Below, in pieces: positions 7,628 through 16,438 of a stretch of 25,066 nt of DNA. Within the stretch, counting starts at the first letter, position 1; each line of letters starts with the position of its first letter. Where the stretch lies: NCBI GenBank assembly GCA_044236265.1, contig JBIIGV010000034.1, positions 1 through 25,066 of the forward strand, read 5' to 3'. The position numbers were made by a program, and so were the translations under genes. Below the pieces are notes generated by a model. That model was given only the letters and a program-made list of their open reading frames with translations, was not told the DNA's origin and did not search any database. The stretch is from Oligoflexales bacterium. GTDB lineage: Bacteria > Bdellovibrionota_B > Oligoflexia > Oligoflexales > RGVZ01.

Positions 7628-10171
7628 CTATTCTTCCTTTGTGTTTGTATTTGTCTTGCTCTCCTTGAACTCCACGCTGAATGTTAATTGCTGAGCAGCG
7701 CCAGATAGGTCGATTCTCCGTCGTCGCGTGTCGCCATTGTGCCGCATTATGACCTCGTAAATTCCCCGATCAAGACTAACCGTTTGTTGATTTTGCGAGA
7801 GCGTCAGTGATTGTGTAGCTCGTGTTTCAATGTTTTTAATAGTGACATCTGCGGGTGTCAGGTTGGTGGCCAGGGTGAGGCGGTAGGCTCCGGATTTGCT
7901 CTGCTGGCTATCGCCACGCTGCATTTGGTATGGCCCAAACTTCTGACGAGCACCAGCAGTGATATTGATGATTTCCGTCTTGACCGTGTATCCTGACCGT
8001 TTCAACTCAATTTTGCGGTTTCCCGAAGCGACCTCAATCCAGTTACTGGAAGTTCCCAGGTCGTTGGTTGTTCCATGGCGACGTCCATCTATATATAGTT
8101 CTGCTGCGGGCATACTGGAGACTGCCAGCTGCGCTTTTGCTGCTATTTGAGGTTGGGCAATGGCTGGCTTTTGTTGGCTTACATCGATGGCAGTGCGCAA
8201 ACTTCCTTGGCTACCACTGTCATCAGGTTTTTCCTCAATAGTCGCCGGGTATGGTTTGAGCGATACAGGTGGAATCGCAACCATGGAGCTAGGGTTAACC
8301 GGCGCGGTATTTATTGGCGCAGTCTTACCTACAGCGTTGGAGTTAGTGTTGGCTTGCTTGATCTCGGGACTAGCCTTTTGGTTTTTTGGACGCTCTGCTT
8401 TTGACGCGGCCAGTTTTTTGTCTTTTGAGGTGTTTTTAGGTCGTTCGTCGCCTGACACCAGGCTATTCGACGCTGGGGAATTGGATTCTTTGATATCTTT
8501 TTGAGGAGTGATTGCAATAGCCGGTGGAGTCTGAGAAGCATCGACTACTGGCTTTGTTGAAGTCAAGATATCACTCTTCTTGCTATCGACTCGATTGGTT
8601 GTATTTTTTTTGAGATCGTTTGCAGTGGTTTTTTCTTTTTTGTTCTTCACAATCTGGTTAGAGAAGTTTTTAAAATGAATATTTGCATTGCGACTGGTTC
8701 CAAACCAAAGGATACCGGCAGCAACCAGCAGGAGAACGGCTGCTACGAATTTTCCGAAGCCATTGGATGATTGTCTGTAGTCATAATCATCCCGGATCAC
8801 GTATCGAACTTTAGGTGCTTTTTTTGGAGCAGCAGGGACGATGCGTGAGACGGGTTTCATGTCACGACGCTTTTGTGGCGGAATCTGCTGCTGATATTGC
8901 ATCTGTGACATAGGCCTCTGAGGGACCTTCGCACTCGATTTTACATGATGCTGCTGCGGGACTTGAGTGAGCCTTTGCTGGTGCCTTCGTTCAGGCAGGT
9001 GCGCAGCAATAAAGTCAGGGTTGTGGTGGCGCTTGGTAAGCTGAGGCACTGTGCGTGGAGGTAACAAATGATCACGTCTTGTTGACCCCTGAGGTAGATT
9101 TGATCCACTGATATCCGGACGCGGAATAGGCGAGCTTATGGCCTCTTGATTCCATTTCTTGACAGAGTTTTTCGACGGAGATTCAGATGTGATAGCCGTC
9201 TTCGGATGGCTGGTGTCTGGATTAATAAGGACCGTTGGGGCCGCTTTGTACTCTGTAACTCGCAAAATCTTTGCCAGGCGGTCTCCATAGGCCTTTGGAT
9301 CCTTGAAACACCTTTCAAGTTCTTGCAAGCTACTCTCAAGCCCCATGGCGGAAAGTAATTGGTCAAGAATGACTCCAACTTCGTCGATTGATTGAGGTCG
9401 GTTTTCTGGTAGAAGCTCCATGCACTTGACGATGCACTGATCTATGTCTTGTGGAATTCCAGCCATCACAAATCGAGGGTGTGCAAAGCCACCTCCAATG
9501 ATTTTCATCGCGATATCAGCTGTCGAAGAACCGGTGTATGGGAGTTTGCCTGTTACCAACTCGTAGAACAGGACTCCTAAACTGTAGACATCACTGCGGT
9601 GGTCAACGTCCCTGCCACGAATCTGCTCGGGTGACATGTAACTTGGCGAACCCATGAACATTCCAGTTTGCGTCATGCTGGTGATGCGCTGAATTTTTGC
9701 GATGCCAAAGTCCATCAATTTCACACCACCATGGTGCGTAATCATGACGTTTTCAGGCTTTACATCACGATGGACAACGCCATGCTCATGAGCGGTTTGG
9801 AGGGCTCGGCAGATCTCGCGTACGATGGAGGCTGCGATAACAGGGTGCAGCCATCCGTTTGGTGTTGTTTCCAAAATTTGCGCAAGATTTCTTCCATGAA
9901 TCAATTCAGTTACGATCCAAAGTTGCTTGGAATCTTCTCCTGAGAAGTCAAAAATTTTCAGAATGTTAGGGTGATCAAATGCAGAAATGGCGCGTGCTTC
10001 ATGCTGAAATCGAACCCGAATTTCATCGTGATTCTCATAGCGCTCTTTGAGAATTTTAATGGCAACATCGCGGCCGAGCTTTTCGTCAACCGCAACGTGA
10101 ATAACCGCCATTCCGCCTTCGCCAATTTTGCGAAGGACGCGATAACGGTGGCCGATGAGTTCTCCACTCAT
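7628..10171 (-). CDS. Membrane Hanks-type Ser/Thr protein kinase with extracytoplasmic PEGA domain(s)
   Basis: GEGGMA loop, VAIK, HRDVKPEN, DFG, GSPSYMSPE; single TM FVAAVLLLVAAGILWFG; PEGA-like LAVSSMPAAELYIDG. ATG 10171 preferred (GGGAG upstream); the ORF-track TTG at 10198 has no SD. Confidence 0.93.
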   Translation of the reverse strand: MSGELIGHRYRVLRKIGEGGMAVIHVAVDEKLGRDVAIKILKERYENHDEIRVRFQHEARAISAFDHPNILKIFDFSGEDSKQLWIVTELIHGRNLAQILETTPNGWLHPVIAASIVREICRALQTAHEHGVVHRDVKPENVMITHHGGVKLMDFGIAKIQRITSMTQTGMFMGSPSYMSPEQIRGRDVDHRSDVYSLGVLFYELVTGKLPYTGSSTADIAMKIIGGGFAHPRFVMAGIPQDIDQCIVKCMELLPENRPQSIDEVGVILDQLLSAMGLESSLQELERCFKDPKAYGDRLAKILRVTEYKAAPTVLINPDTSHPKTAITSESPSKNSVKKWNQEAISSPIPRPDISGSNLPQGSTRRDHLLPPRTVPQLTKRHHNPDFIAAHLPERRHQQRLTQVPQQHHVKSSAKVPQRPMSQMQYQQQIPPQKRRDMKPVSRIVPAAPKKAPKVRYVIRDDYDYRQSSNGFGKFVAAVLLLVAAGILWFGTSRNANIHFKNFSNQIVKNKKEKTTANDLKKNTTNRVDSKKSDILTSTKPVVDASQTPPAIAITPQKDIKESNSPASNSLVSGDERPKNTSKDKKLAASKAERPKNQKASPEIKQANTNSNAVGKTAPINTAPVNPSSMVAIPPVSLKPYPATIEEKPDDSGSQGSLRTAIDVSQQKPAIAQPQIAAKAQLAVSSMPAAELYIDGRRHGTTNDLGTSSNWIEVASGNRKIELKRSGYTVKTEIINITAGARQKFGPYQMQRGDSQQSKSGAYRLTLATNLTPADVTIKNIETRATQSLTLSQNQQTVSLDRGIYEVIMRHNGDTRRRRIDLSGAAQQLTFSVEFKESKTNTNTKEE

Positions 10172-10219
10172 GCCGATAGTACTCCCATCGAATTCCAAAA
10201 ACGTGAATATTCGAAAGTC

Positions 10220-10247
10220 GTATCGGCAGATTTTTAGCTAAACATTA
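10220..10247 (-). promoter_or_regulatory. Putative sigma28 (FliA) promoter of the kinase operon
   Basis: TAATGTTT-N12-GCCGATAC versus consensus TAAAGTTT-N11-GCCGATAA: 7/8 and 7/8 matches, spacer 1 nt longer. Confidence 0.6.
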
Positions 10248-10359
10248 ATGAGAGTTGCCCATGAATAACGCCCCCGGAGCGAGCTTACACGGGCTGGTAG
10301 AGGCCGTTTACTGCAACCAGTTAAAATTTAAATGTTAATGGTAATTTCTTGGGAGGGCG

Positions 10360-11817
10360 TCAAGGGTCATGTGGCAAAATGTCATGAAAGCTCGAAAACC
10401 GCTTTTGGGGACTATAAAAACGCAGATTACTCACGCGGCTGGTGTAAACGCAGGCAAAGCCCTCAACTTGGTAAGCGAATCGACTGCGTTCAAGTCCAAC
10501 TTTCATTAACTCGCCCCAGGTCTCGTGAAGCGAGCTTTCCTTGCGTCCGAGCAAGTCTTTGATCTCGTTATCAAGCTGATCTAAGATTGGCGCTTTACCA
10601 GAAATTTTAGCCGCGTACTTGTCACGTTCCTTTTCCAAATGGTGGGCTTTTTTGGTGTCACCCTCCCTGCCTGCAATCTGGATATGCCTTTTGATCGACA
10701 TCAGCTTGGAACGGATGATTTGAATTTCCTCGTCCAAAGCCTCCCGCTCGTTGGTTTTTTGCTGAATATCCTGAAAGATAGGTTTTAACTCAGCTAGTTT
10801 TTCAAGCTCGTGCTCAAGTTCCTCTACAACAAGCAGAGTTCTCCAGTTTAGCTTTCCTTTTGATTGCATAATGTCGCCAAATATATGGTCACCCACATAT
10901 AAAATCTCATCACCGCGGTATTTAGTTAGTTTCTGAAATAAACCTGCATTGCCTCCCTGGTAAACTCTTTTGGGAAGTAAATTTGCAGAATGAGACTTTA
11001 AAAGCCCGCTTTCCGTCATCACTTCCAGAAACGGCTGGCTGCCAGTGAAAAACCCAGGCTTTCCCGATGAAACAATTGTGACGTCAAAATAATCGCGCCA
11101 CGACGGAAACTCATCGTGCTCTTGATCCAGGATGTAGCTCATCATGCGATTGGTGTATTCCCAGCCGGAATTTGTAAGCAAAAAAAGTGATTTTCCGCCG
11201 TCTATCAAGCGAGTGAGTGCTGTTGAAAGATATTTGTCTTTGCGGATGAAGCGTCCAGGGTCTGCCATGACCACGTTTTTGATACTGCCATCAGCGTGAC
11301 TAAGGTCTATAAATCGGCGCAAATCTCCGTATACATCACGGTAAGTTTTGCTGATTTTTTTCGGATTGCGATCCATGTAGTCGACGATTTCAACAAAAAG
11401 CTGAACTTCGCTGAGAGCGAAGAAGGTGTCTACGCTCAGAAATTCCTGTGCTTTGAAAGATTCACTATTGTAAAGACGGTGGCGCGTTTCCTTGTCTAGA
11501 GGCGTGGTTCCGTGAAATGCAGTCTTAACGTATTTATGTCCGTCAACCTTCAGGAGGTTTCCACGTTCCATATCGACGAGTAAGCCACGAATCAGGAAAT
11601 TTGGCTTGAACTCAAGATCCGCAAGCTCCTCCGGGTATCCGGCTTCAATGAATTTCTTTAGTGTTTCCCTGAATGCCAGCGATTCAAAAGCTTCGCGGTT
11701 GTACATCACAAGAGTGTGATCCATGTCAAAACCAATGGCTTTGATGCGCTCCATATTCAGTGCGCGGTTAACGTACATGCGTTGCCATTTTTCTAATTTG
11801 CTATATGGACTGGCCAA
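10360..11817 (-). CDS. HAD-IG family cN-II-like IMP/GMP 5'-nucleotidase
   Basis: Motif I GFDMDHTL, II LLTNS, III KPGFF, IV YVGDHIFGDI; WRTLLVVEEL, coiled-coil insert, YTSRVSN. TTG start with GAGGA SD. Confidence 0.92.
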   Translation of the reverse strand: MASPYSKLEKWQRMYVNRALNMERIKAIGFDMDHTLVMYNREAFESLAFRETLKKFIEAGYPEELADLEFKPNFLIRGLLVDMERGNLLKVDGHKYVKTAFHGTTPLDKETRHRLYNSESFKAQEFLSVDTFFALSEVQLFVEIVDYMDRNPKKISKTYRDVYGDLRRFIDLSHADGSIKNVVMADPGRFIRKDKYLSTALTRLIDGGKSLFLLTNSGWEYTNRMMSYILDQEHDEFPSWRDYFDVTIVSSGKPGFFTGSQPFLEVMTESGLLKSHSANLLPKRVYQGGNAGLFQKLTKYRGDEILYVGDHIFGDIMQSKGKLNWRTLLVVEELEHELEKLAELKPIFQDIQQKTNEREALDEEIQIIRSKLMSIKRHIQIAGREGDTKKAHHLEKERDKYAAKISGKAPILDQLDNEIKDLLGRKESSLHETWGELMKVGLERSRFAYQVEGFACVYTSRVSNLRFYSPQKRFSSFHDILPHDP

Positions 11818-11853
11818 AGAAATTCCTCGTAATTGATAGGAAGAAAAAAGTTT

Positions 11854-12459
11854 CTATTTTTTGGGGGGCGTTAAGAATTTTACGCCCACTTGAACTTTTA
11901 ACTTTCCTTTTAGATCCATGAATTTTCTGTTGTAGACCACTTCTCCATTCAGGGTGGTCCAATGCTTGCCATCAATGGCAACACTAATGTTCGAGAGAAC
12001 AGATCCCGGTGCAAACGGCTTTGTTGTCCGATTGATGCGCAGGGATAAACCAGTGGCCGACATATCCATCAACTGCCGGCGCAGCTTGGTTTTTCCGTCA
12101 TACGGGTTTATGATCTCCGCGACGACATTTTCGTCGGGCGTGAACATAAAACGCTCCGACTGGCGTGTCTCCTCGATGAGAGAGTTTTCCTGGATTTCAA
12201 ACGCCATGGATACGCCACGTGGGTGGACGTCCGTGGACTGAAACCTAAGCATTTTACATTGCAAAAAAAATTTTTCGCCCTTTGCAAATCGACTGATGAA
12301 TTCCGGTTTAACCATGTTTTCAAGGACGACCGTGTTCCCATCAATTTCTTTGATGACAGTCTGAAAGGCGATATCCAGCCCGCTGCTGCTGATCAAAACC
12401 GGAGTTTTCGAGCGCTTGCAGTCATTAAGGACTAATGGAACATCCTGATTTTGAATCAC
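11854..12459 (-). CDS. PilZ-domain (c-di-GMP-binding) protein with YcgR-like two-domain layout
   Basis: RQSERF (RxxxR) and DMSATG (DxSxxG), C-terminal VGVKF. GTG start overlaps the upstream TGA (GTGA). Confidence 0.85.
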   Translation of the reverse strand: MIQNQDVPLVLNDCKRSKTPVLISSSGLDIAFQTVIKEIDGNTVVLENMVKPEFISRFAKGEKFFLQCKMLRFQSTDVHPRGVSMAFEIQENSLIEETRQSERFMFTPDENVVAEIINPYDGKTKLRRQLMDMSATGLSLRINRTTKPFAPGSVLSNISVAIDGKHWTTLNGEVVYNRKFMDLKGKLKVQVGVKFLTPPKK

Positions 12460-14216
12460 TGTTCGGCGTCCTTTGTAAATGCAGCATCAGCAAATCTTTC
12501 GGTCATGCGTGATACCCGTTTTGTACCCGGAAATGCCCAGATGGCACTGAACCAAATGGTGTTTTTGCTCCCGGAATAAACTTTGAGGTTGCTACTGTTT
12601 TCAACCATCGTGTAGGTGCCCTCAAAGCGCGTATTGGTACTTTTGTTATAATATAAGCCAATTTGGATCATGTTGCCAGTGTCAGACCTTGGGCAAGATG
12701 CAGGTGTCCCCTCGTCGGTGTTGGGCACTAAAGCCCCGCATCCTCCAGTTTTGATGTGAGGGAGCTTGTAGTCATCTTGATAAAAGCCAACCAGAGCAGA
12801 CGCTCCGATGCCTTTATAAATGTTATAGTCGGCGGATGCTATGCCGCCGCGCCGCGTGTAGTCCAGCCAGTAGTCGTTGTAAATAAACTCATATTGAAAA
12901 ATATCGAAGCTAGTCTCTAGTCGTTGTGCTGGAAAGTCCATGGCGTGCGTAAAAGCGACGCTAACGGCAGGGTCACCGTTGTTTCCCAATAGGTCATGGG
13001 TTTTATTGCTGTGTTCGGGGCTCTGATTATGTATTTCTTTTCTTAAATAGAGGGAAAACATTGAACGCATAGTTGGTGACCAAGACCATCCGACCCAGGG
13101 TAAAAGCAACTGCGTATCCGTTTGCGATGTGACAACCTTGAGTGATGACTCGTCGGGGCTTGGAAAAAAACTTGATCCTAGTCTTTGAAACTCAAGTCTT
13201 CCGTATGCGCCCACGAATAAGTTGTCAGTTATCTGCCGACGCACATCACCAAAGAACTGGTGGCTTCGTTCTAGCATGTCGCCACGCAGCGGGAAGTAAT
13301 CAAGGCTTAGGCCCTCTTCAAACCACGACAAAATACCGTTTAAATCCATCAGCCATTGCTGCTTATACGTATAGCCGGCAAACGACGTAGCGCCTTTCTG
13401 CCGCATTGGACCGATACCAATGGATGCGTTGACTGTCATTGCGGTATCGGTGACAGGTGGCCTGACAAGTGTGCCGGAACCATCTTCCGTTCGTATCGGC
13501 TCGTAGCCAGTTGTCTCGATGTTGAGGCCTCCGACCTGAACCCTCCAGAAATGCGGCACTTTAAACAGCGACCACGGATGATACTTAAATATTGTCAACT
13601 CTGGATCCGGGCGCTCAAATCCGGAGACGTCGTCTTTGGTTTTGTTTTCAGACATTGATTTCAATAGGTCTTTAACGTTCTGCGCCTCGGGACCTCGCGG
13701 AAACTTTTGCGCATAAGTTGTCAACCATTGTCTTGCTTTGGTGTCATCCGCAGCACGGTAATACGCGACAGCCAGTTCATACGTCGCCTTGGCTCCGTAC
13801 TCGTCAGGCCAATTCGCAGCGAACTCCCAGTAGCGAATGGCGTCTTTTTCCGCCCCGAGAACTGCGATGCACATGCCTTGGTAAAAATAGTTAAATGACT
13901 TATCGGGAGATTGGCGTTGAATGCGCTGCAGGGTTTGCAGAGCTAGCTTAACCTGCCCTGAATGATAGTAGGCCGCGGCTAGCTGATTCCAGGCGCGGTA
14001 GTCCGCAGGAAACGAACGTAAGTGTTTGCGGTAGAAGGGTATAGCCCTGTCCCAGTTTCCCTTTGCGAATTCCCCTTGAGCGGTCGCATAGAGGTTTTGC
14101 GGCACCACAGGCTTGGATTGTGGAGCGTTTGGCGCGCTTTTTGCGTCATTGTACCAGGGTGACGTAACCATTAGCATGGTAAAAAGAAATCCTTTTATCC
14201 ATCGGCAGGTCAGCAT
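12456..14216 (-). CDS. Exported TPR protein with probable C-terminal outer-membrane beta-barrel
   Basis: Signal peptide; TPRs (AWNQLAAAYYHSGQVKLA, YFYQGMC, ATYELAVAYYR, YAQKFPRGP); C-terminal two-thirds consists of aromatic-rich alternating beta-strands. SD GAGGGG 5 nt upstream of the ATG. Confidence 0.72.
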   Translation of the reverse strand: MLTCRWIKGFLFTMLMVTSPWYNDAKSAPNAPQSKPVVPQNLYATAQGEFAKGNWDRAIPFYRKHLRSFPADYRAWNQLAAAYYHSGQVKLALQTLQRIQRQSPDKSFNYFYQGMCIAVLGAEKDAIRYWEFAANWPDEYGAKATYELAVAYYRAADDTKARQWLTTYAQKFPRGPEAQNVKDLLKSMSENKTKDDVSGFERPDPELTIFKYHPWSLFKVPHFWRVQVGGLNIETTGYEPIRTEDGSGTLVRPPVTDTAMTVNASIGIGPMRQKGATSFAGYTYKQQWLMDLNGILSWFEEGLSLDYFPLRGDMLERSHQFFGDVRRQITDNLFVGAYGRLEFQRLGSSFFPSPDESSLKVVTSQTDTQLLLPWVGWSWSPTMRSMFSLYLRKEIHNQSPEHSNKTHDLLGNNGDPAVSVAFTHAMDFPAQRLETSFDIFQYEFIYNDYWLDYTRRGGIASADYNIYKGIGASALVGFYQDDYKLPHIKTGGCGALVPNTDEGTPASCPRSDTGNMIQIGLYYNKSTNTRFEGTYTMVENSSNLKVYSGSKNTIWFSAIWAFPGTKRVSRMTERFADAAFTKDAEQ

Positions 14217-15111
14217 GAGCGCCCCTCATTTAAAGACTGGAGACGGCTCTCGCGGCAAGCGAGAATCAGCTTGCGTGGGAATTCATTTGTCGGGGCCCAA
14301 TGCCAAAAAATCAGCACTCGTAGTCCTCGTTAACAGTCAGGAAGGTTCTCAGTTTTTATCATTATATGAAAAGATTGGCTCAGTTGGCAGTTTATTTTCT
14401 GACGAGCGCATTATTGATATTTTGAAACTGGTGCCGTCGCTGGACGCGGTCTTCGTGGACTGCCCGATTTCTGAGCCGCCTTGCGTCAATTGTGAGCGGC
14501 CCGTTTGCCCCGGGGTTGTGCGCTGTGAGGATGTAGCTGTCGGTATGATGATGGCTATCGAACAAAAACGCGGACGCAAAGGCGGCCACAAGCTTCGCCC
14601 ACTCAATCCACAAAATCTGAGGCTTTGGGATGCCATGTACGGGCGGGGAGGGGAGTTTGGAAAAATGGAGCCGACCTACAGTGCAAATTTGGCTCCGCTC
14701 GTGGTTAGAGCCAAAACCTTACAGCGTCGACTGCGTATGGATTTGCCGCAAATCGATCTGCGGGAAACCCATGTGCCATTTCTCTTAAAACAATTGGAAG
14801 TGACGTTCGATAGACCTGGGTGGTCGACTAACTATCGTAACTTTGAAGCGGGGTTTGAGACGCGCTGTGAGGTTCTCTCTGAGATTGCGGCCAAGAGAAC
14901 GGCGAAAGTGATGCCCAAGCTCAACATCAATTTGACCGAAGATGCCATTGATTCTGTGGCAGCCAGTGTCGAGTCGTTTCATGCGTTTATGGCGGCAGCC
15001 ATGGCCCATTGGTTTCAAATTGGCTTAGCTAGAGATCGCACGCCCTATTTTCAAGAAAATTTGGGCTGGGTCGACCTACTCAACGCCGAGGCGGCGCAGA
15101 TTAATCCTTAA
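14215..15111 (+). CDS. DUF429-like (RNase H-fold) protein with Cys4 insert
   Basis: N-terminal VGIHLSG...SALVVL strands, AVFVDCP, CVNCERPVCPGVVRC, LRETHV, FHAFMAA. Start ATG 14215 (AGGT upstream); the ORF-track extension to 14113 overlaps the neighbouring gene. Confidence 0.6.
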   Translation: MSAPHLKTGDGSRGKRESACVGIHLSGPNAKKSALVVLVNSQEGSQFLSLYEKIGSVGSLFSDERIIDILKLVPSLDAVFVDCPISEPPCVNCERPVCPGVVRCEDVAVGMMMAIEQKRGRKGGHKLRPLNPQNLRLWDAMYGRGGEFGKMEPTYSANLAPLVVRAKTLQRRLRMDLPQIDLRETHVPFLLKQLEVTFDRPGWSTNYRNFEAGFETRCEVLSEIAAKRTAKVMPKLNINLTEDAIDSVAASVESFHAFMAAAMAHWFQIGLARDRTPYFQENLGWVDLLNAEAAQINP

Positions 15112-16271
15112 ACGTTGCTCACAAGATTGCGCAGTCCAGCGCGCAGCGTTTCCAAATCCTTACAGAATGCAAAGCGAACATAGTTTTGTCGTTGAGCAAC
15201 GAGTTCTGGATTTTCGAAGAAAACGCTCGTGGGGATGACGGCAACCTTTTTGGTCTCTGTTAACCAGAGTGCAAATTCGGTATCTCTGAGATTGGACATA
15301 TGACTGTAGTCGGCGACTACAAAGTATGTCCCTTCCGGTTTGCGAAATTTAAATCCCAATTCCGCCAACCCGTTACATAGCGTGTCTCTGCGCAATAGGT
15401 AGTCCTGGCGAAGCTCGTCGTAATACTGATCCGGAAGCTCCAAAGCGGCACAAATACCTGCTTGAAGCGGAGTGGCGCTGCAAAAAACTGTAAACTGATG
15501 AACCGCGCGCAGCTCCTTCGTCAGCTCCGGAGAAGCGAACGTGTAGCCAATTTTCCATCCTGTGAGGCTAAATGTCTTTGCAGAACTTGAGATGACAACC
15601 GTACGGTCGCGCATGCCGTCCAGTGTCGACATCCGTGTAAACGATTTTCCGTCATAGACGAGTTCTTCATAGACTTCGTCAGTTATGACGAGCAGGTCGT
15701 GCTCTTTTGCAAAGTCTGCAATGATCTGCATCTCGTGGCGCGAAAAGACTCTCCCGGTTGGATTATGAGGAGTATTCACCAAGATGGCCTTCGTCCGTGG
15801 TGTTAAGGCGCTGTCCAAATCCTTGCGCTCAAATGTCCAATCAGGTGCCTTTAGTTGGACCTCAACCAATTTTGCTCCTGTTGAGAAGGCGCCTGCTGGA
15901 TAACAGTCGAAGAACGGAGCAAACGTTATTACCTCGTCGCCTGCTCTTAAGAAGGCCTGAAATGCGCAAAACAAGGCTTCGGTGGCTCCCGAGTAAACTG
16001 TGATTTCATGTTCGGGGGAGTAGACGATACCCGACGCCTTCTTCATGCGTTGACTCAGAAGCTCCCGTAGTTTTGGAAGGCCAGTTGACGGGGCATACTG
16101 GTTGAAATCTCCCTTTATAGCCTTCATAGCGGCTTCTTTGATTTCATTTGGGCCATCGAAATTTGGAAAGCCCTGTGCGAGATTCACGGCCCCGTAGCGA
16201 TTGGCAGCCTGAGTCATTAGGGAAAATATGGAGGTCCCAAAACGGCTCCAGTGAGATGTAATGCGGGGCAT
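15108..16271 (-). CDS. ybdL: PLP-dependent class I/II aminotransferase, YbdL (methionine/kynurenine aminotransferase)-like
   Basis: NLAQGFPNFDGP, NQYAP, NTPHNPTG, DEVY, SSAKTFSLTGWKIG (PLP lysine), RFAFCK. ATG 16271 with AAGAAGGA SD. Confidence 0.88.
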   Translation of the reverse strand: MPRITSHWSRFGTSIFSLMTQAANRYGAVNLAQGFPNFDGPNEIKEAAMKAIKGDFNQYAPSTGLPKLRELLSQRMKKASGIVYSPEHEITVYSGATEALFCAFQAFLRAGDEVITFAPFFDCYPAGAFSTGAKLVEVQLKAPDWTFERKDLDSALTPRTKAILVNTPHNPTGRVFSRHEMQIIADFAKEHDLLVITDEVYEELVYDGKSFTRMSTLDGMRDRTVVISSSAKTFSLTGWKIGYTFASPELTKELRAVHQFTVFCSATPLQAGICAALELPDQYYDELRQDYLLRRDTLCNGLAELGFKFRKPEGTYFVVADYSHMSNLRDTEFALWLTETKKVAVIPTSVFFENPELVAQRQNYVRFAFCKDLETLRAGLRNLVSNV

Positions 16272-16373
16272 ATTTGATCCTTCTTGGGTGTTTGCCAACT
16301 TTCAAATGAAGCTCAGAGGGTATACCTGATAACTGCGACCGAATCCAAATGGTAAAACCATAGAATTGTTTTT

Positions 16374-16400
16374 TAAAGGTTCCCCAGGAAAGTCCGATAG
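16374..16400 (+). promoter_or_regulatory. Putative sigma28 (FliA) promoter of the phosphatase operon
   Basis: TAAAGGTT-N11-TCCGATAG versus consensus TAAAGTTT-N11-GCCGATAA: 7/8 and 6/8 matches, exact spacer. Confidence 0.65.
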
Positions 16401-16438
16401 ATGCGATGGATTACGGGTCGAAAATGAGGGGGATTTTT

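Noticed and set aside
10262..10322. GC-richer intergenic stretch with short stems (CCCG/CGGG, CTGGT/ACCAG) as an ncRNA or terminator
   Set aside because: The stems are only 4-5 bp with large loops and no adjacent U tract; no known RNA motif was recognised.
14113..14214. N-terminal extension of the DUF429-like ORF from TTG 14113
   Set aside because: It would overlap the signal-peptide coding region of the opposite-strand gene by about 100 nt. ATG 14215 has an SD and is closer to the domain start.
14286..14315. Third sigma28-like promoter for the TPR-barrel/PilZ operon (CCCGACAA on the minus strand)
   Set aside because: The -35 region is a poor match and the site lies in coding sequence.
115..15111. 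Anti-phage defence island (helicase + kinase + nuclease-like protein)
   Set aside because: These genes are in separate transcription units mixed with housekeeping genes. The kinase is a membrane sensor type, and I saw no mobility genes or compositional shift.
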